Shown here in pieces: positions 35,527 to 56,534 of a stretch of 64,000 bases of DNA. Every line of letters starts with the position of its first letter. Position 1 is the stretch's first letter. The stretch comes from the human T2T-CHM13v2.0 reference genome, Homo sapiens. The position numbers and the translations under genes were made by a program. The DNA lies in NCBI RefSeq assembly GCF_009914755.1, contig NC_060941.1. One strand, written 5' to 3'. The notes beneath the pieces were generated by a model, which made no database searches, was not told where the DNA came from, and was given only the letters and a program-made list of their open reading frames with translations.

Positions 35527-35797
35527 CAGACCTCAGTTTTTGAGATCTTGAGCTGTAGTTTCCGTTCCCTGAATCCCTGTGATTAGGTCTTTCCACGTTA
35601 TTTCTAACAGTTGAAAATGGCTGCTGCTTTCCCACTAGGTGAATCTTTGTTTGCAAGTTGGTCATTTTCTTTTGGTCTCACTTTTTCCCCTCTTTTTTTT
35701 TAATAAGCACTTTAGTAGAATTAATCTGCAAAACTGTTTGGCCCTGGTGCTTTTTTTAAGGGTAGATTTTAAACCATCTTTTCAATTGCTTATATAG

Positions 35798-36250
<453 letters not shown>

Positions 36251-36366
36251 TAGGAATTTTTGCTATAATGTAATAAATGAATTCGTTTATTATAAAAATT
36301 CATTTGTTTATTGAACAAATTCATTTATTTATTAAAAAAAGGACTTCTGGGAAAAATTGAATTAGG

Positions 36367-36590
36367 CCAGGATTTCTCAACCTCCGCACTATTGACATTT
36401 TGAGTTAGATAACTTGATATTGTGGATGCTATTCTGTGCATTAAAGGATGTTTGGCAGCATTCCTGGGCTCTACCCATCAGACGCGAGTAGCAGCTCCTT
36501 CCCTGCAATTATGACGACCAAAAAATGTCCCCAGACCTTGCCAAACTTCCCCTGGTGGCAAAATTACCCCTAGCTGAGAATCACTGGGGT
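36367..36590 (+). mobile_element. MER20 DNA transposon
   Basis: TTTCTCAACCT...CACTATTGACATTTTG...TGAGAATCACTG. Confidence 0.75.
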
Positions 36591-36982
36591 TAGGCCAGAC
36601 CTCTTACTACTGATGCAATTTTGTAATCAGAGCACTAACAAACCAGTCACAATTTTAATAAACTATTAGCACAGTTAGAAAGAGTTTATTAAATTCCTAA
36701 TAAGAAAGAAATACTGCAGTAAATATAGGACTTCGCCTTTTAATAAGTAAGGGTAACTTTCTAAAAGGAGATTTAAGAAGACTTGAGGCTGCTGAGTTGT
36801 GAATATGAACTAAACTAAGAGGAAGAACATAGAATAAATGTATGGTACTGCATTCTTCATTTACTTGCTAATTTAGTTGTGTTAATGTTCTTTGTTTTCA
36901 ATTGCTATTACTTTATATACCAAAGCATTATTATACTGAGATTAAATCATGCATGAACCAATGAAACTTGTGTAATATTCTG

Positions 36983-37022
36983 TTAGGTTGGTGCAAAAAT
37001 AATTGCAGTTTTACCAATTGCA
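36983..37022 (+). mobile_element. MADE1 (mariner MITE) half
   Basis: TTAGGTTGGTGCAAAAATAATTGCAGTTTT. Confidence 0.6.
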
Positions 37023-37327
37023 TATGAGCTAATATTCATTACAGAGACGTGCATTGCAGCAAAAGAGAGTGTATTGTCTTTTTTCAACTCTTTATTTTCA
37101 ACCTATTAGTGTTTAGTTTTAGGTAAGTCTTAGTCTTTTAATAGAATTTAATTCATTCATAAGTATTACTATCTGATAAGTTTATATATTTTTCTGTTTA
37201 ACATGTTTACTCTTTTTGTCTTTTCTTGTAGCTGTCATGTTTTATTTGGTTCTGTTTTAACCTTTGCTGCATACAACTTGGAAACTATCTACTTTATTTG
37301 TATTCATTTAGTGGTTACCCTTGAATT

Positions 37328-37656
37328 GTTTTTTTTTCTTTTAGGACATAAGGTCTTCCTCTGTCACCCAGGCTAGAGCACAGTGACGCAATCACAGCTC
37401 AGAACTCCTGGGGTTAAGCAATCCTCCTGCCTTAACCTCTGGAGTAGCTGGGATGCAGGCATGTACCACCATGCCCAGCTAATTAAAACAAAAAAAAAAT
37501 TCTTTTTTTTTTTTTTTTTTTTTTTTTTCCCCAGAAACAGGGTCTCACTATGTTGCCCAAGCTGGTTTTCAACTGCCATCCTCAAGCAATCTTCCTACCT
37601 CGGCCTCCCAGAGCACAGGCCTCTCAGATTATAGGCATGAGCCACTGCAGTCAACC
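37328..37656 (-). mobile_element. Alu (J), just upstream of the L1HS
   Basis: Diverged Alu dimer. Confidence 0.85.
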
Positions 37657-37694
37657 TCTAAATTTTTAATATACATATTTAAATATAGTTTTTC

Positions 37695-38601
37695 GGGGGG
37701 AGGAGCCAAGATGGCCGAATAGGAACAGCTCCGGTCTACAGCTCCCAGCGTGAGCGACGCAGAAGACGGGTGATTTCTGCATTTCCATCTGAGGTACCGG
37801 GTTCATCTCACTAGGGAGTGCCAGACAGTGGGCGCAGGCCAGTGTGTGCGCGCACCGTGCGCGAGCCGAAGCAGGTCGAGGCATTGCCTCACCTGGGAAG
37901 CGCAAGGGGTCAGGGAGTTCCCTTTCCCAGTCAAAGAAAGGGGTGACGGACGCACCTGGAAAATCGGGTCACTCCCACCCGAATATTGCGCTTTTCAGAC
38001 CGGCTTAAGAAACGGCGCACCACGAGACTATATCCCACACCTGGCTCAGAGGGTCCTACGCCCACGGAATCTCGCTGATTGCTAGCACAGCAGTCTGAGA
38101 TCAAACTGCAAGGCGGCAACGAGGCTGGGGGAGGGGCGCCCGCCATTGCCCAGGCTTGCTTAGGTAAACAAAGCAGCCGGGAAGCTCGAACTGGGTGGAG
38201 CCCACCACAACTCAAGGAGGCCTGCCTGCCTCTGTAGGCTCCACCTCTGGGGGCAGGGCACAGACAAACAAAAAGACAGCAGTAACCTCTGCAGACTTAC
38301 GTGTCCCTGTCTGACAGCTTTGAAGAGAGCAGTGGTTCTCCCAGCACTCAGCTGGAGATCTGAGAACGGGCAGACTGCCTCCTCAAGTGGGTCCCTGACC
38401 CCTGACCCCCGGGCAGCCTAACTGGGAGGCACCCCCCAGCAGGGGCACACTGACACCTCACACGGCAGGGTATTCCAACAGACCTGCAGCTGAGGGTCCT
38501 GTCTGTTAGAAGGAAAACTAACAACCAGAAAGGACATCTACACCGAAAACCCATCTGTACATCACCATCATCAAAGACCAAAAGTAGATAAAACCACAAA
38601 G
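37695..38601 (+). promoter_or_regulatory. L1 5'UTR: internal sense promoter and antisense promoter, CpG-rich
   Basis: YY1 site AAGATGGCC 37708-37716 intact; high CpG density; sense splice donor GAG|GTACCG 37791-37799. Confidence 0.9.
37931..38146 (-). CDS. L1 ORF0 (71 aa)
   Basis: MAGAPPPASLPPCSLISDCC...RHPFL, the last 71 aa of track ORF 37931..38215; internal donors CAG|GTGTGG (38035-38043) and CAG|GTGCGT (37950-37958) present. Confidence 0.85.
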   Translation of the reverse strand: MAGAPPPASLPPCSLISDCCASNQRDSVGVGPSEPGVGYSLVVRRFLSRSEKRNIRVGVTRFSRCVRHPFL

Positions 38602-39618
38602 ATGGGGAAAAAACAGAACAGAAAAACTGGAAACTCTAAAACGCAGAGCGCCTCTCCTCCTCCAAAGGAACGCAGTTCCTCACCAGCAACGGAACAAAGC
38701 TGGATGGAGAATGATTTTGACGAGCTGAGAGAAGAAGGCTTCAGACGATCAAGTTACTCTGAGCTACGGGAGGACATTCAAACCAAAGGCAAAGAAGTTG
38801 AAAACTTTGAAAAAAATTTAGAAGAATGTATAACTAGAATAACCAATACAGAGAAGTACTTAAAGGAGCTGATGGAGCTGAAAACCAAGGCTCGAGAACT
38901 ACGTGAAGAATGCAGAAGCCTCAGGAGCCGATGCGATCAACTGGAAGAAAGGGTATCAGCAATGGAAGATGAAATGAATGAAATGAAGCGAGAAGGGAAG
39001 TTTAGAGAAAAAAGAATAAAAAGAAATGAGCAAAGCCTCCAAGAAATATGGGACTATGTGAAAAGACCAAATCTACGTCTGATTGGTGTACCTGAAAGTG
39101 ATGTGGAGAATGGAACCAAGTTGGAAAACACTCTGCAGGATATTATCCAGGAGAACTTCCCCAATCTAGCAAGGCAGGCCAACGTTCAGATTCAGGAAAT
39201 ACAGAGAACGCCACAAAGATACTCCTTGAGAAGAGCAACTCCAAGACACATAATTGTCAGATTCACCAAAGTTGAAATGAAGGAAAAAATGTTAAGGGCA
39301 GCCAGAGAGAAAGGTCGGGTTACCCTCAAAGGAAAGCCCATCAGACTAACAGCGGATCTCTCGGCAGAAACCCTACAAGCCAGAAGAGAGTGGGGGCCAA
39401 TATTCAACATTCTTAAAGAAAAGAATTTTCAACCCAGAATTTCATATCCAGCCAAACTAAGCTTCATAAGTGAAGGAGAAATAAAATACTTTACAGACAA
39501 GCAAATGCTGAGAGATTTTGTCACCACCAGGCCTGCCCTAAAAGAGCTCCTGAAGGAAGCGCTAAACATGGAAAGGAACAACCGGTACCAGCCGCTGCAA
39601 AATCATGCCAAAATGTAA
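38602..39618 (+). CDS. L1 ORF1p (338 aa RNA-binding chaperone)
   Basis: MGKKQNRKTGNSK...; REKG, ARR and YPAKLS motifs intact. Confidence 0.97.
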   Translation: MGKKQNRKTGNSKTQSASPPPKERSSSPATEQSWMENDFDELREEGFRRSSYSELREDIQTKGKEVENFEKNLEECITRITNTEKYLKELMELKTKARELREECRSLRSRCDQLEERVSAMEDEMNEMKREGKFREKRIKRNEQSLQEIWDYVKRPNLRLIGVPESDVENGTKLENTLQDIIQENFPNLARQANVQIQEIQRTPQRYSLRRATPRHIIVRFTKVEMKEKMLRAAREKGRVTLKGKPIRLTADLSAETLQARREWGPIFNILKEKNFQPRISYPAKLSFISEGEIKYFTDKQMLRDFVTTRPALKELLKEALNMERNNRYQPLQNHAKM

Positions 39619-39657
39619 AGACCATCGAGACTAGGAAGAAACTGCATCAACTAATGA

Positions 39658-43509
<3,852 letters not shown>

Positions 43510-43711
43510 ACAATGAGATCACATGGACACAGGAAGGGGAATATCACACTCTGGGGACTGTGGTGGGGTCGGGGGAGGGGAGAGGGATAGCATTGGGAGA
43601 TATACCTAATGCTAGATGACACGTTAGTGGGTGCAGCGCACCAGCATGGCACATGTATACATATGTAACTAACCTGCACAATGTGCACATGTACCCTAAA
43701 ACTTAGAGTAT

Positions 43712-43717
43712 AATAAA
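43712..43717 (+). terminator. L1 polyadenylation signal AATAAA followed by a short degenerate A/(AAAT) tail
   Basis: ...GAGTATAATAAAAAAATAAATAAAT. Confidence 0.8.
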
Positions 43718-43975
43718 AAAATAAATAAATAAATATAGTTTTTCATCAAAGACTACAGTTAACCAATGTTTGTATCTAATCTGCCAAAAAGGCAAGAGTC
43801 TCAGCATATTTTTATTTTCACCTTTCCTCCACCATGTCCTGTGTTGAAATTATTTGGAATTCTAGATCTTTGCTATTATCAGTCTCTCTCTCTCTTTTTA
43901 ACACATCAATCCCCTTAGATTCTTTTTGTTTTGGAATTCTTTCAGAAACAATCTATATACAGAAAATATGGTCTC

Positions 43976-44300
43976 AGCCAGGTGCAGTGGCTCTTGCCTG
44001 TAATCACAGCACTTTGGGAGACTGAGGTGGGAGGATAATTAAAGCCCAGGAGTTTGAGACTAGCTGGGCAAGATGGTGAGACACCCCTTCCTCATCTTTA
44101 CAAAACTAAATAAATAAACTGGACATGTTGGTGGCACTGCCTCTAGTCCCAGCTACTCGGGAGGCTAAGGTGGGAGGAAGTTTGAGGCTACCATGAGCTA
44201 CAATCACACCAGTGCATGCCAGCCTGGGTGACAGAGTAAGACCCTGTTTCTATTAAAAAAAAAAGAAGAAGAAGAAGAAGAAGATGATGATGATGATGAG
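43976..44300 (+). mobile_element. Alu (J) with (GAA)n(GAT)n tail
   Basis: Diverged Alu dimer. Confidence 0.85.
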
Positions 44301-45376
44301 TAGAAGAAAGAAAAAAAGAAAATTTGGTCCCTGCTTACCTGAAAATATGTTTGTTTTACCCTCAGACTTGAATACAGTTTGGTGCAGTATAAAAAGAATT
44401 TTAATGGAGTTTGTATTGAAGTATAACATATATGCAAAATACATAAATCATAAATAAGCACCTCAGTGACTTATCACACCTATATGACTACCACCCTGGT
44501 AAAGCAATAGAACATTTTTATCATCCCCCAAACACCCCTTCCAATCACTACCCTCACCCTCCTACTTACTACCTGAACTAGTCTCATAGATTAGTTTTAC
44601 CTGCTTTTGAACTTTATGTAAATAGAATATTTCAATATGTACTTTGGAGATCTTTTTTCTTCTCTGTGGAAGCTTTTAATGTAGTTAGTGTCATACAGAT
44701 CTTCTTCTCCTTATTGATTTTTAGTCCACTTGTATTATCATTTACTGAGAAAAATGTTAAGGTCTCAGGCAATGAATGTAGAGTTCCACCTTTATTTCTC
44801 ACAGTTTTTGTTTTGCATATCTTAAAGCTCTGTTATTAGGTGCTGTTAATTATTTGTTATATCTTTTTGCTGTATTGACATTTTTATTAAAGTGTTCCTC
44901 TTTGTCTCTAGTAATTCTCTTTGATTTGAAGTAACTTTGTATAATTTTAATGTACTCATTACAGCTTTCTTATGCTTACTCTTAGCATGATATATCTTTT
45001 TTAACCCTTTTATTTTTCCATGTGTCTTTATATTCAAAGTACATCTCTTGAAACAGCATATACTTGGTTTTTACTTCTCTATCCATTCTGATAATCTCTG
45101 CTTTTATTTGGAATGTTTAATCCATTTACATTTAATATAATCTTTCATATGTTTGTATTAAATCTTTATACAAACTCCATCAAACTCCATCAATGCAATA
45201 TTATAATTTTTGCTTTAAAGAGTCATAAACATTTTCAAGAAATTAAGAGAAGAAAAAATTTAAAATGTCTTGTGTGCTTACTTATATATTTGACTATTTC
45301 TGATGGTCTTCATTCTTTCTTATATATCTAAGTTGTCATCTGTTACCTTTCCCCTCTCTAAAGAACTTTGCTTAGC

Positions 45377-45570
45377 TTTTTTTGTTTGTTTGTTTGTTTG
45401 TTTGTTTGTTTAAGAGACAGGGTTTCACTCTGTTGCCCAGGATGGAGTCAAGTGTCCATTCACCCGCATGATCATAGCACACTGCAGCCTAAACACCTGG
45501 TCTCAAGTGTTCCTCCTGCCTCAGCCTCCTGAGTAGCTGGGACTAGAGGTGCATGCCATTTTGCCTGGTT
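45377..45570 (-). mobile_element. Alu monomer/fragment (J or older)
   Basis: Single-arm Alu motifs. Confidence 0.75.
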
Positions 45571-46980
45571 CATTTAACATCTTTTTAAAAGTATAAGCCT
45601 CTACTGAATAATTATCTCAGTTTTTATTTATCTGGAAACATTTTTTTAGCCTTTATTTTTGAAGAAAGTTTCACTGGTTACAGAATTCTTGCCCGATTAT
45701 TTTCTATTTATTCATTAGTTTGAATACATCATTCCAGACTTTCTAATGAGAAGTCATTCTGTATTCTTATGATTTTCTTCTTTATAATATGTCATTTTTC
45801 TGTTTATATTTCAATATTTTTTCTTTGCTTTTGTCTTTCATCAGTTTGACTGTGATTTGTCTTTCTCTTTGTGTTTATCCTTTCTTAGCATTTGTTAAAC
45901 TTTTTGAATCTATAAGCTGATATTTTCCACCAAATTGAGAAGTTTTTCAGCCCTTGTTCCTTAAGAATTTTCACCTTTGCTCACTTCTGTTCCCCTGAGA
46001 TTTGAATTATCTGTGTTTAGTAATTTGAGATTTTCCTACAGATCTTTAGGCTGTTCATTTTTCTTCAATTTTTAAAATCTTTTTAAAATTATGTAATCTC
46101 TATTAAATCTACCTTCCAGTTTACAGATTTTTCACCATCTCCAATCTGTCATTGAGTCCACCTAGTAAATTTATTTTAGTTATTGTACTTCTTACCTATA
46201 GAAGAATATATAATTGCTATAAGGTATATAATTATAATATTACATATATAGTTTCTAGTTCTCTGTTCAGATTACCTATCTGTTCACTTATTGATGTGAT
46301 AGTTTCCTTTAATATTTTGAATGTATTTTAAAATAGCTGCTTTAAAGTTTTTGTCTGCTAATCCAGTACCTGGGTCTACTTGGAATCAGTTGCTTCTGAC
46401 TCTGCCTTTTTTTTGAGTCATATTTTCCTATTTCTTTGCATGTTTGATAATTTTTTGTTGTTGAAAACTCAGTATTATATAGAATATACTATAGCAACTC
46501 TGTTCTCTGAGGATTGTTGGCATGGACTCAAACTGCAAATTTTGCCTCCCCATAGTATGCATCATCTGTTATTCTCATGACTTCCCACTGCTGCTTTTTT
46601 AGCCTGGCCTTGGGTTCTTCTGTGTGCTTGCATTATGTAGCAGTCAACCAAGGGTTTATGCAGAGATGAAGCTCATCCTTTCCATGATTTCCTTTCTTTT
46701 AGTGACTTCTCCCTATTTTCCAAATATTCTGTTAACCTCAAGCTCTGACACTTGAAGCCTGTGAGGTTCAGCTTCCTGCCATCCAAGCTGAGCTCAGTTG
46801 GGGAATGTATTTACTTAAAAAGGCAAGCAAACAAAAAAGCAACAAACAAAAAACCTCTCAGATTGACCCCATGTAGCTGTCTTTAGCAGTAGAATCCTTA
46901 AAAAAAATCAATTAAAAAAAAAACACAGTAGAATCCTCCCTGGTCTCTGCCTGCTTGTTCTTCCTCTTGGTATTCCCCCC

Positions 46981-47296
46981 ATACATATATAATTTAGCTA
47001 CCCAGCAGAGACTTGGGCAGTGTTTATAACCAGAATTTACATCTTATTCTTGTGGTTCTCTTGCCACTAGGATATTCCCCCTTTAAATTCCAGCTGATTT
47101 TCTAGCCCTCAACTCTGATCTCTAGCATTGTTAGCTAGGGATACATGTATAATTTAGCTACCCAACAGAGATTTGTGCAGTGTTTATAACCAGAATTTAC
47201 ATCTTATTCTTGTGGTTCTCTTGCCACTAGGATATTCCCCCTTTAAATTCCAGCTGATTTTCTAGCCCTCAACTCTGATCTCTAGCATTGTTAGCT
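46981..47296. repeat. Tandem duplication, 160-bp period, two copies
   Basis: 46981-47136 vs 47141-47296: 152/156 identical. Confidence 0.95.
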
Positions 47297-47944
47297 GGTA
47301 ACGCTATGGTTTTTCTGCCACCTTTTTCTACAGCCACCATAGCTGTGGGAGTTGGAGGCTCCCACATGTGAGAAAGCCACATGCTAACAATTCTCAACCC
47401 TTTCCAGTTGCACTCTTAGAAGAGCAAACTCTTCCTGATTTCTATCTACTTTTAGAGGTTTTTGGTGTCATTAAGATTTTGTTATTGTTGTTAATTCATC
47501 CAGTTTTTCTAATTGTTATTTGTGAGAAAATGTGTGTGAACCAGTTCAGTGCTCCAGCCTTACAAGATGTACTCTCTGCTTATACTTTTGAGCCCAGTTT
47601 TTCTCTACAGCTCTTATCTGGCTGATTTCTATTTATCCATAATGTTTCTGACCTATGTGATGATACTCTTTCCTGCTTTCCTGTATTGTTAAGGGCAAAA
47701 TTATGTACATCTATAGCTACATCTATATCTATAAATATCTTCATTTCATGGGATTTTAGGTGGGAGAGAGGGAGCACATGGGCTTGGTACCTCATCATGA
47801 TCCAATCAATTGGGTTCTTTCTGGAACTTAACCTCTCAGACCCTAAACTAAGAACAATCTACCACTTGAATGGTTCAGTTTTGAACTAGGCTTGACTGCC
47901 AAGGAAGTGGATAGGCCATCAAGTGTAGAGAGTTTGGAAGAAAG

Positions 47945-48239
<295 letters not shown>

Positions 48240-48921
48240 TGGAAAGTTCTTCGGGGGCATTGATTTCATGATATTTGATTTTCATGAGTGGTCCATGAGT
48301 ACACCTCTTTAAGAGCTTACTTCCCTCAGAGGAGGAGCTCATTCACCAAAGGCATTATCTAATATAAATATCTCTAATTTTAAATAAATATTAACATTCT
48401 AGTGTTGACTTGATTTACATTAATCAAGACTGTCTGGCAAGAAGCCCCATCACATCTGTTGTCTCATTCCAGCACTTACTCTTTCTAACTAAGTAGTCCA
48501 TCATTATAACTGTAACACTAAGCCCCAAGCATTAAATGTGTGGAAGGGATCCACTTATTTTTTGTTTTAATTCTAAAGTGAGTAGGTCTTAAGAGAAAAG
48601 GACTCTTTTTTGAAATGTGTTCATGAAAAAATGTAGACATTGCTTGAGATGTACTGAAATCTAAAAATTAGCTTTAATCTCCACAGAGACAAGCTAGAAA
48701 TTTATACTTATGAACCAAATGGTCTTTATTGTACCCCAATATTACTTCTTCTTATTATTTGAATTGGAATAATCTGTAATCTTTTGACACATTGGTAATT
48801 TACATTGTATTTAGAGGTTGCCTTTTTTTTTTTTTTTGAGCTTGACAGACAAAAGAAGGGTTTTGGGTTATCTGCAAACTTGAATTCTGGCACCATTGTC
48901 TTTTCCTTTTTGAAAATTTTA

Positions 48922-49245
<324 letters not shown>

Positions 49246-49417
49246 ATATTGTCTACTTCACAGGAAAGGGTTTGTTTATTCTCTCTTAATACAAGCAATC
49301 CAAGGCTGTATTTATCTCAAGAAATGTTATAGGTGTCGACTTATCTTCAAACTCAGGTAATATACATTAAATATGTTCAGCTTTTTGTTTGTCAATCATA
49401 CCTCAATAAAGTGGTTT

Positions 49418-49744
49418 TTATTTTATTTCATTTTATTTTTAGAGGCAAATTCTCTTGTCTCACTCTGTCATCCAGGCTGGAGTGCAGTGGCACGATCATA
49501 GCTCAATGCAGTCTCCAACCCCTAGGCTCAAGAGATCTTCCTTCCTCAGCCTCCTAAGAAGCCAGGACCACAGGCATGCATCACTACACCCAGCTAATTT
49601 TTATATATTTTTATTTTTTGGGGAGGCAGGGTCTCACTATGTTGCCCAGGCTGGTCTTGAACTCCTGGCCTCAAGTCATGGGATCCTCCTTTCTTGGCCT
49701 CCCAAAGTGCTGGGATTACAGGTGTCAGCCACCATATCAGGCCT
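49418..49744 (-). mobile_element. Alu (J)
   Basis: TSD cctcaataaagt(g/a)gtttt. Confidence 0.85.
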
Positions 49745-49894
49745 CAATAAAGTAGTTTTATAGAAAAGACAAATGTTACTATCCTCCAGTCTACCAAGAC
49801 TTTGTGAGAATTTTAAATTGGCTTATTCTTTTTGAGCAACTTTGTCCCAACCCTTCCTAAAGAGAAAGGACTACAAAAGATGGTCCACAGATGA

Positions 49895-50364
<470 letters not shown>

Positions 50365-50381
50365 TGATGGCTTCCTTGCAG

Positions 50382-50530
50382 TGGCACTGCTGAGCTATTT
50401 GCAACCTGTGCCAAGAAGGATATCAGGGTGTGGCACACATCATCCAACAGGGAGCTGCTGCGGATCACCGTGCCCAACATGACCTGCCACGGCATCGACT
50501 TCATGAGGGACGGCAAAAGCATCATTTCAG
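50382..50530 (+). CDS. CFAP52: CFAP52 exon 9 (149 nt)
   Basis: ttgcag|TGGC...TTTCAG|gtaacg; GTAELFATCAKKDIRVW...DGKSIIS(A). Confidence 0.95.
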
Positions 50531-51146
50531 GTAACGTCCACATGTCAAGATCTGGCTTGGGGCTCTAGCTGCGGTTTTGATTCTTGTCACTCTCCTCCCA
50601 TACTAGTCTCTACATGTGGATAACCTAGAACAGCCTCCCACTGTCCACCCCCTTCTTGCTTCTAATCTAGCCTCTCTTTGGAGTTTCCTTCCAGCTGGGA
50701 GACTTTCTGAGCTAGGAAGGACCAAATAGCAATTTCTCCTCTCCCACATTGCTGCATATAGCGTGAATCTTTCTCTCTAGTAGGAAAATTTAGAAGTTCA
50801 ATTTTGAAAAGGAGTTTGAAAAGGACAGGTCCCCCATGTGAGGACCCTTTTTGTTGTGTAAGAGATAAAACCCTGACTCAAACGAAGTGATGTCTCAAAG
50901 GGAATTTATTTTTAACTCAATTTATTATTTTATGCCATTTAGCATAAATTATAGGCAGCGTGATATTCCACCTCTAAAGACTTCAGCATGTATCTCTAAA
51001 AATGTTTTCCTTTAAAACAGTAATTTCTCAGTATTGTCTTATGCTAAATCTATCTGTAAGTCTCCCCAGTGCTCAGAAAGTACACATACTGCTTCACATC
51101 AATGAAAAGTTCAGTGGATCTTTAGGGACAGCTATTAAAATGGTGA

Positions 51147-51600
<454 letters not shown>

Positions 51601-51994
51601 TCACTCCTCTTTTCTTGGCCCTGTCTTCTCCTCCTTGTTAGCGTCCCTACCCCACCCTGCGCATGTCTTCTCCACATAGGGCTGCCAGGAGCTCTGGGCT
51701 TACCTTACATCTAGAGCGAACACGGCTCAGGACAGAAATCTTGGAGTCCTCACTGCCTCCCCTTTTTCTCTTATGCCCACATCCACATCCCCTGCTGATG
51801 CTCATTTCAAAGTACATCCAAGGTCCCTCACCCCTCATTATCTTCCCCCTTATCCTAGCCACCAGCATCTCTCCCCTAGATTGCCCTCGTACCTTCCTAC
51901 CACGTCTCCTTGCTTCTCTTCTCACCCAGTATACTTTCCCGCAGTCTGTTTTCGACACAGAAGCCAGAAGCCAGAAGCCAGAGGTCTGTTTTAA

Positions 51995-52860
<866 letters not shown>

Positions 52861-53499
52861 TTAGGGCTCAAAAGTCTTTTACCCTCTAAGAGTAAATGAC
52901 AAAGATCCCCCCATCACCTACAAGGCTCCATGTGAATTTCTGTCCTCCTTTACCTTCTTACCTGGAGCTCTTCCTCTTACTACTCACCCCTTCTAGCCAT
53001 ACTTTCTTCTTGCTGTTCCTCAAACACACTGGGCATAGATAGAGCCTTTGCTCTGACTCTTATGTCTGCCTGAAATATTCTTTCCCTAGATACCTCCATG
53101 GCTCACTCCCTCACCCCCTCACCTCCTCAAATCTTTGCTGAAATGGGATCTACCTTTAGCATTCTATTTTAAACTGCTAAGGTCAAGAGGTGACATTAAA
53201 GCTTATGAGAGGGTGCCAGCCATTTGAAGACCTGGGGAGAAAACATTCCAGGCAGAGGGAATAGCAAGTGCAAAGGCCCTCAGGAGGGAGATCGCTTGGT
53301 GGATTTGAGGAATAGCAAGAGGGCCAGTGTGTCTGGGGCTTAGTGGGTAGTTGGGCTAGGGGTGCAGGGACAGCCAGTAAAAGAAGTTAAAAGAGATGGC
53401 GGGGGTTGGGGGTCGGGCACAAATACTAGTTACCGTGGAGGATAAAGGAGTTTGGATTGGATTTTAATTCTAAGTGCAGTGGGAAAATGTTTTGGAAAG

Positions 53500-54110
<611 letters not shown>

Positions 54111-54617
54111 ATAAGCCTTTTTTTTTAAATAAAAAAGGAAGTTCTTGATCAAGAAGATGACATAATTTTTAAAAGGCCACACTGATCCCTGCATAAATAA
54201 GTGGTTGTAAGCAAGAGTGGAAGCAAGCATAAGCTGTTATCACAATCCAGGAGAAAGATGGTGGTGCCTTGGATGAAGGAGGTACCAGTGGAACTGTTGA
54301 GAGGTGCTCAGATTTGAATGTTTTTTAACAGTAAAGCTGGTGGAAATTGTTGATGGATTGGATGTTGGATTGGGTTGGGTAGATGGAATTGAGGGTAATC
54401 AAGGAAGACTCAGGCTGTTGGCTTAGGCAACTGGATGGGTGGTGGCAACCTGTAGAAGGGAAAGGGGCCTATGGTGACCAGCATTCAGCTGAGCTGGTCT
54501 CTTTCCTCCAGCACAGCACCACTCACCAGGCCTGCCTCTCCTTAGTGAGGCCAGCAGACTGTGGAGAGAGGGTGCATATACTGATCCTGCCTGCCTTTTG
54601 TTTCCCTTTCATGCCAG

Positions 54618-54763
54618 CATGGAACGACGGTAAAATCCGAGCCTTCGCCCCAGAGACAGGCCGACTGATGTATGTCATTAACAATGCTCACAGGATCGGC
54701 GTCACCGCCATCGCCACCACCAGTGACTGTAAAAGGGTCATCAGTGGCGGTGGGGAAGGGGAG
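54618..54763 (+). CDS. CFAP52: CFAP52 exon 10 (146 nt)
   Basis: tgccag|CATGG...GGGGAG|gtattg; WNDGKIRAFAPETG...ISGGGEGE. Confidence 0.95.
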
Positions 54764-54944
54764 GTATTGAAAGCAGAAATTTGAAAAAATAACGCTCTGT
54801 TTAGAACAACTGCCCTATAGGAAGCCATCTATTTGCTTTTAAAAATACACACCTTTGCTAGTATTCAAGCAGGACCAAATTGACATTTTGATGAGATCTG
54901 AAAATATGTCATAAATAAAAGTTCTAATATTATAAATGTATACT

Positions 54945-55234
<290 letters not shown>

Positions 55235-55319
55235 TATAAATATATATCTAAGTACATTTGTACACAGAAAGGACGTTTACAATACAGACATGAAAGTGTT
55301 CTATGTGGACTAGAGTTAA

Positions 55320-55710
<391 letters not shown>

Positions 55711-56082
55711 CATCTTATCTTTTAAAGCAGGTGATGGTTTTAGCATCAATTATTAAATACACCCAGACGTTTTGACCATTATTTTTAAATGATCATGCTC
55801 AACTTTTTCTTCCCATTATTTTGAGGAGGCTGTAACACCTTTTGCTCACACATTTTTCTCTGGTTCTCTCCTCCTCTGTGCCCCAGATTCTTTGCTATCC
55901 CAAAGCCTTCCCTTTCTCTTTGAGATATTTTCTTTTCCTTTCCTTAATCCCCTGTCATAGGAAGAACAGAATAGTTTGTGCTCATCTTATTTTTCATAAA
56001 TCCAACATAGGCACTATAAGAAGGCGTAAGCATCTGACTACTATGTTTTCTGGTGTAGTTGTGACAGATCCTTTGTCCATTA

Positions 56083-56534
<452 letters not shown>

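Larger units (their letters stand above)
44690..47560 (-). mobile_element. Ancient L1M (EN, ORF1 and probable 5' region relics)
   Basis: ORF 44846..45037 (KIKGLKKIYHAKSKHKKA...SIQQKDIT) aligns by eye to ORF2p [21 protein letters not shown]...SIQQEELT; limits approximate. Confidence 0.65.

Noticed and set aside
37666-38599. Other ORFs in the L1 5'UTR (37666..37905, 37828..38085, 38348..38599)
   Set aside because: Incidental frames of the GC-rich L1 5'UTR; only ORF0 is an established product
43621-43623. Classifying the L1 as Ta (youngest subset)
   Set aside because: The diagnostic trinucleotide is ACG, not ACA
43731-43975. 3' transduction carried by the L1HS
   Set aside because: The right TSD follows the tail directly, so no transduced sequence is present
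44846-45037. 63-aa basic ORF as a novel micropeptide
   Set aside because: Decayed endonuclease domain of an ancient antisense L1
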